This document shows positions 1-10,960 of a DNA stretch of 64,000 bases, in pieces; the stretch's first letter is position 1; each line of letters starts with the position of its first letter. The notes under the pieces are model-generated. The model was not told the origin of the DNA, did no database searches, and was given only the letters and a program-made list of their open reading frames with translations. The DNA comes from Raillietiella orientalis (taxonomy: Eukaryota): assembly GCA_036172245.1 (NCBI GenBank), contig JAYWIR010000011.1, positions 3,534,001 to 3,598,000 on the forward strand. The letters are read 5' to 3'. Position numbers and translations under genes: made by a program.

Positions 1-85
1 CGGCGAGCGTTGCATGGGAGGCCCCAGTGCAGCAGCATCAACGCCGACTCCAACCACTTTAAGGGGAGGGTGCGGATGCGGCAGT
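1..85 (-). mobile_element. Second fragment of the same LINE zf-RVT region
   Basis: DNA similar to 1003-1080. Minus frame reads RTLPLKWLESALMLLHWGLPCNARR. Confidence 0.6.
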
Positions 86-89
86 GATG

Positions 90-580
90 GAAACCGGATG
101 TCCTCGTTGACTGAACAGGATTGGACATTGACCATCTGAGGTCCTTCCAGGAATCAAGAAGTCGGCTCCCTTCTCGATTCCCCTCCCGTTGTGACAATGG
201 AGCCGGTCCTCCTTGCTTCGAGGAGCGACTTAGGGGTTGTACTCAGAGGAAGAAACCAGGGGCCATTCCCTTGCGAGTTCCCTCCTGGGAAGAGATGAGG
301 AGTGGCTCCCTCTGAGAGAACTCTCCGGAGAGATTAAGGAAGAGGTTCCCTCCCAAGAGTAAGAGGAATGGACTCCTTCCTCCGGAGTCTTCCTGAATTC
401 ACAGGGTGGTCTCTTACTTCCAGGGTTACCTACCCGCTTCAACTCGAAGAGTGTCAAGCATCCTCGGGTGGCGCGGAACAATGCCAAAGAGCTTCGTGAG
501 TCTCTAGGCGAACGGTTCTTGAGTACTCGGCGAACCAAAAAAAAGAAAACCTGAAAAGCAGAAAAAGAAAAAAAGGCTGA
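90..580 (+). mobile_element. SINE-like element, family A, 5'-truncated
   Basis: caggattggacattgaccatctgaggtccttccaggaatcaagaagtcggctccctt and the 3' block ctcgggtggcgcggaacaatgccaaagagcttcgtgag...gaacggttcttgagtact align by eye to the copy at 5074-5750. A-rich tail with aacctgaaaag. Confidence 0.85.
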
Positions 581-869
581 AAGTAAAATACCTCCCTCCT
601 GACGTCGGAGCAGTCGCGATTGGGGTCATGGGTAGCCGTGATGCACAGTTATGTGTTTACGTAGCATGTGCGGGGAGTCCCGATGACGAAACAGACCTGA
701 TCAAGATGGAACGGCAAAATGAATCAGCGAATAGGTTCAAGACAGGTGGGGTTGGTTGCCCTACTGCAGAAATCATTCCGAATTCCGGCGTCCAAGCGAC
801 GTTGAAGTGAGTTCAGCTCAGCGTGATGCGTGCTTGCCATGGCAACTGCTCAATGCGTCCCTGGAGTTA

Positions 870-1095
870 CCTCAGGGGTTTCCTAGGGTCGCGGCAAAGA
901 GTTCCCAGAAGGCGACACAATCCACAAGCACGTGCGGGAAGGATTCGCGCTCACCATACCTCACACAGTTTGAGTACACACACTTCCGGGTCCAGTGATG
1001 CCTGCGGGCTTTGCACGGGAGACCCCAGTGCGGCAGTATCAATGCAAACTCCTGCCACTCTAAAGGGAGGGTTTGGATGTCTAAGTGTACTGGGG
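870..1095 (-). mobile_element. L1/Tx1-like LINE ORF2 C-terminal zinc-finger (zf-RVT-like) remnant
   Basis: Minus frame reads LPLEWQEFALILPHWGLPCKARRHHWTRKCVYSNCVRYGERESFPHVLVDCVAFWE, matching the LP..F...H..LP...C..(C)..ES..H.L.C...W pattern. Confidence 0.65.
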
Positions 1096-1399
1096 ATCAC
1101 TGTAAATGTTCCACCGGACTATCCAACAGCTCGCCCCAGTGCAGAACCTTGTTTAAGAGGATGATCGCCTTTGCTGCGGACATCAATGCATCTCATCACC
1201 AGAGGATCGCTTAAATGGAAAAAAAAAAATTCGAGTCAAAAAATCGCGCACGGTAGTGTACACACAAAAACACATAATTCCTATGGAAGAAATCGTCTAT
1301 AGATAGGTGCAGACGTAGTAGCCGACGATTGGGTACGAATTTACGTCGCTGCGACGAACATCTTTCAGGTACCTCGTTAACTTACGGACCGACAACAAG

Positions 1400-2490
1400 C
1401 AGCCACCGTATTTCTCGGTTCTTCAGCTCGGAAAGATCCCCCACCTGGAAGGACAAGACATACTTTCATCGTAATGTGCTGGCTGTTACGATTGTCGTCG
1501 ATACTTCGATTACCTCCTTGAGGGATCTGCAAGAGATTCCCGAAAAACATTGCAACGACCCGAACTTGAAGGCGCTTCGGCTACTGCTGATTGGCAAGGA
1601 TGGAACAAGAAAAGAAAAGCGGGCAAGATGGAGCGTGCATCCCCACAAGGGGTTCCGAGCGAACGTTCACTCACGAAGCGCGTCTGCCTGCAGCCCCGCT
1701 GCAGCGAAAAGACTGACCGACCCTCTTCCAAATGCATCCTCAAACTTTCAAGGGCATTCTCCCCAGCTGAGGAGTGCAGCGCCAGTTCCCGGTAGGACAA
1801 GGATGCTATTTGAGTCGGATTCCGAAACCTCGGCTAAGGCACAGTTGAAAAGTTGTGATGCGAGAGTCGTGGACCGCAGTTCTTGCAGGTCGGAACTCCT
1901 CGTGGAGGATATGTGAAACACTCTGAAATGCGAAACGGAGCAGCATGGCTCTAGGACGAATGTCATCGAGGAACTTGCTTGAGGCGCATCCCTTTGTCCG
2001 ACGGCATCGTCCGCACGTTTTGCATTGCTTTCAGCTGGGTGCGGCGATAGGTTGTGCTGCCGGCGCCCGCGAACGGCCCTTCCATAGAAACAATCCGCGA
2101 CGTGAGGGCTGTGGGGCAAAAGGGGGAGGAAGAATGAATTGTGTACTGCCATGGAAAATCTTGGAATTTTGCAGGCTCCCTGTCTGTCGAGCGGGACAGC
2201 CGCCTTCCTGCTGCTCCCACGAAGCTTCTCGATTCCTGCTACTCACTTTATCCTGCTCCGCAGCAATTTTGGGAAACGCTGCAGGGAGCAGCAATGCGAT
2301 GCTGCAAAGTGCCAAGGAGCTAAAAAAAAATCGGATTGCATGAGGAGAGTGCAACACGGAACTAACAACAGACGGCGCCGTCGGCAAGGAAAACCAGCTC
2401 AATTTGTGCCTCCGTTTAGACGCGCTTTGTCCCCTTGTAAAGCGGCAGTTATTCAGGCCAACATGTCCATGCATCCCTTCTGTCACCTAT
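1400..2490 (-). mobile_element. Highly decayed Ty3/Gypsy integrase-like remnant
   Basis: Ordered weak motifs on minus across frameshifts: HGHVG (~2475), RIVSMEGPFAG (~2080), ENALESLR (~1760), FQVGDL (~1445). Spacing is roughly like an integrase core and C-terminus. Confidence 0.3.
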
Positions 2491-2959
2491 TCTCCAGGTT
2501 CAAGGGAACAGATGGCAGGAGCATCACCGGCAACAAAAAGAGCAGCAGAAGCACCGGTCAATACTGAAGTCTCAACAGGAAAAACCTTGCGAAATTCGAT
2601 GTGGTCAGCTGCTATGGCAGCGAAGTGGAACGAGAGGAAATTCCCGGAAATGTGAGTTGGAAGATCTTGTTAAGGATGCACATTCCAGTTTTCGAGATGC
2701 GCCTTTCCTCTACGGCATACGATGCAGCCGTTCGACCGCTTAAGGAGGAGGTGCCCGCGTTGAAGTTGGCGACGTAGTCAGAAAAGGGCGGTAATCGCCT
2801 GCAAGGGTCCAGAATGCAGCTGGAGAGCTGAGATGGGAAGGCGTGGCCCGCCCAGGGAGAGTTCAACAGCATTTCAGCGAGGTTAGAACTCTGTAAATGC
2901 CGATCGCTTCCGGGCTGCGAAGTGATTCCCGAATGGCGACAGTCCTTCTTCAGCAATTA

Positions 2960-3640
2960 GGCTAAAGAAGAGTCTCGGAGGAATTCAGAAATCATCAAGA
3001 AGGAAAAATGAGAACGAATTCGAAGAACAGGAATGGCATTTGACGACTGGGTGGCAGAGAAGGACGCAAAGAGTTTGGGGAAAGAGGAGGAGGGGGAAGA
3101 GGGGGTTGATAGGAAGGAAGGAAGGAAAAAAACACTGTCAAAGTTCCAGTGGAAAGGCGAGGGAAGTTTAGAAAATTGGAGCTGATAAGTTAGGGAAGGA
3201 GGGAACACAAAAGAACAATGAATTTTTCCGATGATGTGAAGACTGACAAGGGCCACAGCCGCTCAAAGGGAAGCAGTAATTAAAATGGAAAAATGGCCGT
3301 CGCCATTATCTGCGAATGGAAAATTAAAGACCCTCACAAATAATTAACATCGTTAATGCTCAGTGAGCTCGAATTCTGCCATCAATTCTTCATATATTTT
3401 TTTTCGCAGCCGAAGAATTGGATTCACTGAGAGGACGCCATTGCAAGGGATTCTCTTCGACAAGCAAGAGTGAATCCCAATGTCTCTCTTTGTGAGCTTT
3501 CGGTGAGTGAGGAATTAAGTTGCTGACGGTGCTGCTCAACACTGCCGCGAGGAAAGCGGGCGGAAGCTGACTGCTTTGGATCCGCAAGAGACACAGAGAA
3601 CCGGAGTGCTTCTCGCGGCGGACGCAAGTCCCCATCTGAC
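2960..3640 (-). mobile_element. Decayed L1/Tx1-like RT remnant
   Basis: RIQSSQLPPAFLAAVL (cf. RQGCPLSP.LF), DVNYL, and SLHIIGKI...SLTYQLQF (cf. LS..G+...S.L.Y) occur in the expected order. Confidence 0.35.
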
Positions 3641-5073
3641 GGTGCTGCTGCGCAACGCCACCGCCGAGAACACATCGGTGCCAACCTTCGTCTCCTCATC
3701 AAAAGGCGGCTGCCTGCAGATGCAAGAAGTGCAACGATTTGCAGCATGCCGTCTATGCAATAGAGAATTAGCAGCACTTTGTCTTTGTGTGTGTGTTAGT
3801 CCGGCTTTTGTCGTCATGGGAAACTCACATGTCAACATCAGGAGAGACCAGGCTACGAGATGCTCCTCTCGGCTGTGGGCAACGCTGGTAGAGGAGATCC
3901 TGAGAGCAGGGATTGTGGCTTCACATTGAACCGGCCTCTTCGGATGCCACTACAGCATCGGTCTCGCCGAAGGGGCGGTCAGCGACGGAAGCGCGACCAG
4001 AAAGGGCTGCGGAGACGTTACAGCGGATTGAGTTTCCCCCTCTCTCTTGTTGGCACGCCTTCCTTCATTTACGAAAAGCGCGTTCAGAAAAACTGCGAAG
4101 GCTGGACACCCTCCCGGAATCGGCAAAAGGTCGATACATCGAAAATCTCCCATTGGTTCGGAGGGAACAGCGAGGGGGTGTTCTGGAAAGCAACAGGCGG
4201 ACTCTCACGGAAGATCATCCCTTGTGGCTACGGAGGGACCAGAGTCCCTGCTTGCTGATTGCTTGCCCGGGTTTCCCTGGGCGGTGAGCCACGGCTGTAA
4301 ATATAAGCAAGGTCGAGGTTAGTGCCACATTCGGTGAAAATCCTTTTGACCACGGTCAAAAGGGCGTGTCCCAACCGTGTTGGAATTCAGTTACTTCCGC
4401 AATCCCTGCAGCGGAAGCAATGCCCACATCGTACATCCGGAGGGTGGTGTGCATCCAGGAGGTCGGTGGCACGGATGCGCACGGAGCCCTTTGCCCGGGG
4501 TATTTCGCTCGTATCCCTGTCGCACGGGATTCTGCCTGCAAGTTTGCGCGCGTGAATCCCGTCCCATCCTGAGGAGAGTAGAAGAGCAGTCGCTTCCACC
4601 GTCGGGAATCCGATCGAATCCTCCGCCATGGACCCACCAGCTGTGGATCCTCCGGAAGCGAACCGGCGCGTGCGGAAGCATCCCTTGAAACGCATCCTCG
4701 GGCGCGGAGCGCCTGATCGGCGACGTCGCGCATTTTCCGGATGCGATGGCAAGCAGACGGGCAAGCAACAGTCGCACTTCGAGAAGGGGATAAGCCGGGA
4801 AAATGGGGAGGAGAGCCGAGAAAAAAGCAAAGCCATTTGTCTCCTTTCACAGAGATTGAATTACCGCGATCAACTCAGCGTGGGTCCGCTTCGCAGTGCC
4901 AATCAATCAAATCGCGGTTCAGATCGAGGTATCCCTTAAAGCACCCTCAAGCGGATTTTTTTTTTTTTCTTCAGCCGTGTGTTGCGAGCACGCTACTCCA
5001 GAAAAATCGGATCGCTGCAGGGAAGCACGCGCAAACGTACGCATGCTGCAGCACCACCTTAGGGAATGAACGT

Positions 5074-5750
5074 CTGACGCCTACCAGCCGCTGGAGGCCA
5101 GACGGGGTGCGAGCGGCACCGAGCGTCGCAGGTTCGAATCCTTCTCAGGGAAGGACCAATGCCAAGAAATCGGTTGCATCGTGGGTTCCGAGTGCCCCAG
5201 CAGGGTGGTACTGGTTGGCCTACAGGCTTCGGATGGCACCGGGGGAAGACGGAGAACCATGGATGCCCCGCCGACTCGCCAGGATTGGAATTTGACCCTC
5301 CGGAGTCCATCCAGGAATCAAAGAGTCGGTTCGCTTCGGGGTTTCCCTCCGGTTGTTCAGAAGGAGCCGTCTTTCTCCCTCTCCCTCGTGGGGACCCCCA
5401 TCTCGTACCATGGAGCTGGTGAACTGATACCTCTTCAGAGTAACCAAGGAGCGCGCTGCTCCCTTCGGGAGTGACCCTTCAGAAAAAAATGAGAAGCGTC
5501 CCTTCGGTGTTCTCTTCAGATGAGGGAATAAGGACCCTCCCGAGAGTAAGAGGAAAGCACTCCTTCCTGCGGGGCCTTCCTGGATCCATACGGTGCCCCG
5601 TATCTTGAAGAGTCAACACGGACCTCCGGGTGGCGTGGAACAGTGCTAAAGCGCTTCGTGAGCCGTCAGGAAACGGTTCTTAAGTACTTAGCAACCCCCC
5701 CCCCCTCTCCTCAAAAAAAAAAAAGGAAAACCTGAAAAAAAAAGAAAAAA
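5074..5750 (+). mobile_element. SINE-like element, family A, near full length
   Basis: tRNA-like head with B-box GGTTCGAATCC (5131-5141). Body is shared with four other copies (e.g. ggattgga..tgacc...tccaggaatcaa; cccttcagaraaatt; ttgaagagt..acacg...gggtggcg.ggaacagtg.taaag.gctt). 3' end is a C-run, an A-run, then CTGAAA. Confidence 0.85.
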
Positions 5751-5789
5751 AGTTGGCAGGAAAACATCGGAACCAGGAAAGAACCCAAC

Positions 5790-6330
5790 CGTTCCCGGGG
5801 ATTGACGGTGCGCGCATCGAGTGAAAGTACGCAGATTCTGCGGCGTTAATGCGATTTCGCCAGCGGACTCTCCCGATACGCGCCTCCAGCGCGGGGGAAT
5901 CGTGCTCTAAATTAGTCCCGATGCTCTCTAAATTAAGCCTTGCAGCGGCAATTAGTGCTGGCAGGCGGCTCCTTTTGTTCAGCCGCGTCCCTCCGCGAGG
6001 GATCCCAATCGTGAAAGCATGTCCCGGTCTGCACGGACGCAAGCGAAGAGCTCCCGACGCGGAGCGCGTCCCCGAGCAGAGAGTTGCCCTTCGCTTTTTG
6101 GGATGGGAGGGAGCTTCGGTCGAGAGCGCGGATGGAGCCGGCGAGACGTTCGGACGCGGCGGACGCCATGGGACCCTAGAGGGCGAGCGCCAACGGAGAC
6201 GGTCTGCCGCAGCGAGGCGCAGCCTCCGGACATTCTCTTCTCCCTGTGCTCCGTAGCCGCTCTCATGCGCATCTGCAGGCAGGAAGACAGGGACTGCGCC
6301 TTTCCGCCACCGCAGTCTCGCTAGTGAGTT
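5790..6330 (+). promoter_or_regulatory. GC/CpG-rich island ending in a consensus splice donor; candidate promoter or non-coding first exon
   Basis: Visibly CpG-dense, with duplicated ctctaaatta motifs (~5905, ~5926) and donor-like GTGAGT at 6324. Confidence 0.3.
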
Positions 6331-6439
6331 CCTCGGGAGGTTTTCAGTAACGTCTTGGCCTGGGTGGGCTTCTCGAGGAAACGTGGATTTTTAGGCTCGA
6401 GAGGAGTGCAAGAGGAGGTGGAAGCGTTCGGCTCAAGTC

Positions 6440-6800
6440 TGGCTCAGACCAACTCAGGACATGGTCTTCCTCAGCTGTCCGCGCCTTCGTACACAAGGAG
6501 GGCTGCGTCCCCTCGGGTCGGAAAATGCTTGCTTTGGGTGCATCTCTTTTCTTCACCGTCCTGAAGGCGACGTGGACAGGAAAACACGCTGAAGCGGTGA
6601 GAAGGATCGGCGGGGATCTGGAGAAAAATATGACTGGGCAGGATGGTTTGCACTTGGAATGGTGCATGGTCCCATGAGATGGCCATCGGAGCGACAGATC
6701 AAAAGCCTTCAGTTGCACTATCTGCAGCAGGAGGGTGTTATCTGCTTGCCTGATCTTCAGCTCCGAGCTGCATCCATTCCGAGAGGCTTCCAGAAGGAAG
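6440..6800 (+). mobile_element. Decayed L1/Tx1-like ORF2 fragment
   Basis: RQIKSLQLHYLQQEGVICLPDLQLRAASI resembles the L..P...GGLGLPDL motif downstream of the RT core. Confidence 0.35.
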
Positions 6801-9800
6801 TACCATTAATTAGTGGTAAGGAAACCGAGTCTGAAGGTGGAAACAAGGGTTTCGGGCTGCTTGTTGATTTCCGAAACGGCAAGCAAAATCTAATTAACGT
6901 AAGATCAGAAACATGCCGACGCAGTTTCCCTCCGTTGCTGATGGACTCTCGCGATCTCTGAGATTCGTTGGTGGAAGAAAACGCTGCTTCCTTCCCAGAA
7001 CTTCTTCGAAGCTTATGAGTGATTTGCTCCTTTCACAGGCTCCCGAAGAAGTGCATCTAATCGTTTCACACGCGCCGAAGGAGGCGGTTTGCGCAGGCTC
7101 CTCCAGCTGCAAGCGAGAAATCTCGTTCCTTTTCAAACAGCGCCTGTAAAATACCGTGAGATCGGGGATTTCTCACTCTCCAGACCGAATGCACGACACA
7201 TGACGACTTGTTCCTGAGGGTAATCTTGAAACATCCAAAGTCGAGATGCGTCTTCTGCCATTACAATCCAATGGTTTTTATGGGTTCTCTTCTGTTTCTC
7301 TTTCATTCCGCAAGGACGAATCGAGACATTTATTCTTCTAACTTTTTCATCTCTTCATTAATTTTTATGGGAGGATGCTGTGGCTGTTTCCAGATGCTCT
7401 TGCCGGCTTCTCCATATTTCTGCTAGGTGCTCATGATTCTTCGCAGAATTTTATTGGCTTTAGTTGTCTTTTGTTGGTGATCGGAATTTTTGTTTGTTGC
7501 CTAATCAAAATTTTCCCTTGGGCTAAGCTCTTTACGACACGAAATGACCTTTGCCATCATTCAGATTGCATTTTGAACATGTCCTCATTGAGAATGGTCA
7601 AGTCTTTGCCGTTGCGTTCTTTCTTTCCTGATACATGGAAGCATTCTCTGCTTCAAGAATCAGTTATACCTCCAAAGGGGAAGAACACAGCAATTTCGTG
7701 TCTTGGACTGCAGCCCATCCGTCACGAGAATGCATTACAACTCCAGCTCATCGCTTACGGTCTGATGGAACAGTTCCGCATTAGGTGGAGACCAACAGTT
7801 TAAAGATCACGTGTCCCGGAACATGCTCTCGTATTCCGTCATGTTAATACGAGTTTCATATTTTGCAAATCCAAATTCGTCTTTCGTCTGTTTTCCTTCC
7901 CAGATACGATGAATTTTGTTTGGCCTATTACGTTCACCGTGTGATCGATAACATGCTGGACCATTCCATCTCGATCATGCACGTATCCACTACGGAGCAC
8001 CAAGGTAGGCTCAGTGTTTTTGCTGCATACACTTGGGAGTTTCCTTTTAGTGGTTTTCCACGTGCACGAATGGCACACTAGCACACCAAATGGCTGGTGA
8101 CTTTAGAGAAGAGTGGCTGCGTGCCAGCACTCTGACCGTTGTTCTACAGGTAGCATCCAGTCTCGAATGAGGGTGCTCCAGAGAAGAAAAAAAAAAATTT
8201 GCGTGCTTATTAAATTTTCCTGTGAAACCATGTGTAATGTGAATGGGAACTTGGATTGAAAAACAACACAACGAGGCAGCTCATTCACAGTCACATGCAC
8301 TGATGGTTATGTGCTTTAGCTGTTCCAGTTATTCTGTATGTGTTTTTATCACTTAATGTTTCCTTATAATTCGTTTGGAGATCATTTTGAAGTTTCCAAG
8401 GAACTTAGGCAGAATGGATGCAAAACCAGCAATTGAAAAAACCTTCCGACCCATTCTGGACGAAGATTTACCGTATTTGACCGGAGAACGAAGCAGTCGC
8501 TTTTGCATGCCCTTCGATGTCATGGATGGAAGTTCTGTTCCCTGGATATCGTGTAGTTGAATCCCTGAAAGATACAAGTGATGAGCTTCCGGACGTGTAT
8601 ACGATGCTCCAAAATCCGGATCAACGGGAAGCAGCAACTGCAGCTCCTGGTGCAATGTACCTGCTTGTCGAGATGAGAAAAGTGCTGTGCAGTCCGCTTT
8701 ACGGTGCGCGCTGTGCATTCAGATAATTTTTCTGGGCTTTCTGTCCCTTGATTCATCACTCCCTACTCTCGCAGCGTGAACCCTAATCTCTCAGTAATCA
8801 GTGGGGAGACTCTTCACTCTCTCCTGTACGACGACATCACATTAAAGTCGGCTCCAAGGCTTCTTCAAGGAAAATTGTTCCGTGCTAGAAGTGCAGCCGC
8901 CTCCAGGAGGCATGCCATTCTTCTCGGAATGAAAGAGAGAACGGGGCGTTGCTATCTGTTGGTCCGACTCCAAAACCATGCCTTGCTCGTGATGACAAAG
9001 GGGACGAAGAACCGTGTCAGTTTCCTCCAGCACACACATGCGCCTGCTTTTGCATGCAGCCCAATGGCGAGAACCGTATCAGTTTTCTTCCACAGTGACT
9101 CCTGTGAGGTAGGACGAGAAGGAACCCAACTCTCCTCCGGGAGAATCTTCACCTCCTCCGATGGGCGGGAAAGCGAGACCCACTAGAAGAGAAGAAAACC
9201 AATAGCACTAGGATGCTTACCTTTTTCACAGATCCCACCACCAAGGAGCTCGGCCACGGTCTGTCGCAAGATGCGTCACGCTCGAGGGATTTCGGTTCCG
9301 AGCCCTGCGATCTAAAAGTACTTTTGCGTGCTTCGCATCATTCGGAGACCTCCTCGAAGTTGCAGCTGCTCCTCTAGTGGGAACCGAGGCTGAGGAAAAA
9401 CAAGGGAAGGATAAAGGTGGAGAGCCTTCCCCTGGAATTTTGATACCACGACCGGCAGGCCGTTTCGATGTCATTGCCCTCCGTTACTCTTAGGTTGAGG
9501 CAAGGTAAACAATTCAGGCAACTGAGCTTCATGTTTTGAGTCCTCGAAGTCTTCGGATGCGATTTTGGGAAGTCGTGTCATCGAAACGTTCTTGCCGTTC
9601 TGGACAGCACTGAAGTGCGGAAGAGGAGGACCTTGGTGAAAGGGGAAGGCAAACGCTCTCTGAAGGAACACCAACCTAGCCCCAAAGGTCCCAGAAGCTG
9701 AGGAAGTCTGAAAAAAACGACAGAAAGACTGTCAATGCGCTTCCTGACAAGGGGAGGAGCATGTCGTAGGAAGCGAGTTTCGTGAACACACGCACAGGTC

Positions 9801-10479
9801 CAAAGAGACTCGTGAGGCTTCGAGGAGATTGGAAGGGAAGCTAGTAGCGGAAGAGGGAAGGTGGAATTGAATGTGCGGCCATTCAGTCCATCCTAGAATG
9901 GATGAAAGGTGCAAGCGATTCACCTTGGATGGTTCTGCGTATTCTCTTTCCGACGTGTCCACGACTAACACTCTTCTTTCGAAGTTTCGTCCTTCAGATT
10001 CTTCAAATTTTGCAGTCCGAGTTTCTTTGGAATGTACCAGCTGTTCTCTCTCGGCTGATGGACTTCCTCCTTTCGAAAGTGACGGCTAATCTGAAGCATT
10101 CTCCTGATCGCCGGCGACGCCCCTTGGTTTCTCACGACGCTGCAGCACCCTTGCTGTTGACAGACGTTTCTTTTCGCGGCCTCGCCATTCGTCTCCGAAT
10201 TAATGATACTGATTTGCAAATGAAGATGCTCCGAAGAGAAATGAAGACATCGTCGACCAATGCAAATTCCTCAGAGTGAGTGAATGTCTGCATACCGGTG
10301 AATGCTTCTTTGAGCTATTCCGAGGCGTGTTTTTTAAAAAGAGACCGTCAAGTCTGGGAATACACTCGGAGAGCAATGCATCCAGCCTCCATCCTTCGAT
10401 TCATGTACTTCATTGCAAGATGCATATGGGACCAAGGAGAGATTTCCTTTCTTTCGTATGCGTCTTCACAAGACATGCA

Positions 10480-10960
10480 TCAATGGAATTCCCAGGGCAC
10501 TTTCTAGGTAACCTTGGATGGCATCTTCATTCAGGGTTTAGATATAGGATACCATTCCATGTTTGCATCTCCGTTGCTTTTTATTCTGAAGTGCTGCCGT
10601 CTCAAAGATACTCAAAAGGGGGGGAAAGATTCGAAAAATTTTCAGATACGGTTCATCTATCTGCGAGTTTTCAAAGCCTTTTCCGGCATTTGCTTTTTTT
10701 CAGCCCACGAGAGGAACGAGAATTCAGGAGAAAAATCAATCGATTCAGAATGCCTTGAGCACTGAATATATGACCCATGCTTTTGCATTCGAAGAGAAAA
10801 TTTTCTTCTCGGTTTGCCTTTCGTTCTGATGACCAGAAGAAAAAGCTCATGCCGCGCACGCGCTCCAATGGTGCCAGTAGACCAAAAAGGTAGCCAACGT
10901 GACGAAATGAGTGATTTTCCCCGAGCCTGCTAAAAGGCAGAAGGTCCAGTTTTCCGATGG
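10480..10960 (-). pseudogene. Possible NACHT/P-loop NTPase remnant
   Basis: LAGSGKIT (~10930), SFFFW..R, RLIFLLN (~10740) and LNEDAIQGYLEK (~10515), in NACHT order across frameshifts. Confidence 0.3.

Noticed and set aside
5095..5150. tRNA gene (also at ~16690-16750 and ~31890-31950)
   Set aside because: A B-box is present but there is no convincing cloverleaf, and each continues into the same 600-bp repeat body, so these are SINE heads.
9221..9707. Minus-strand coding exon (acceptor tttttttcAG, donor AG|GTAAGC)
   Set aside because: I could not find a frame open across the whole interval, and there is no recognisable domain.
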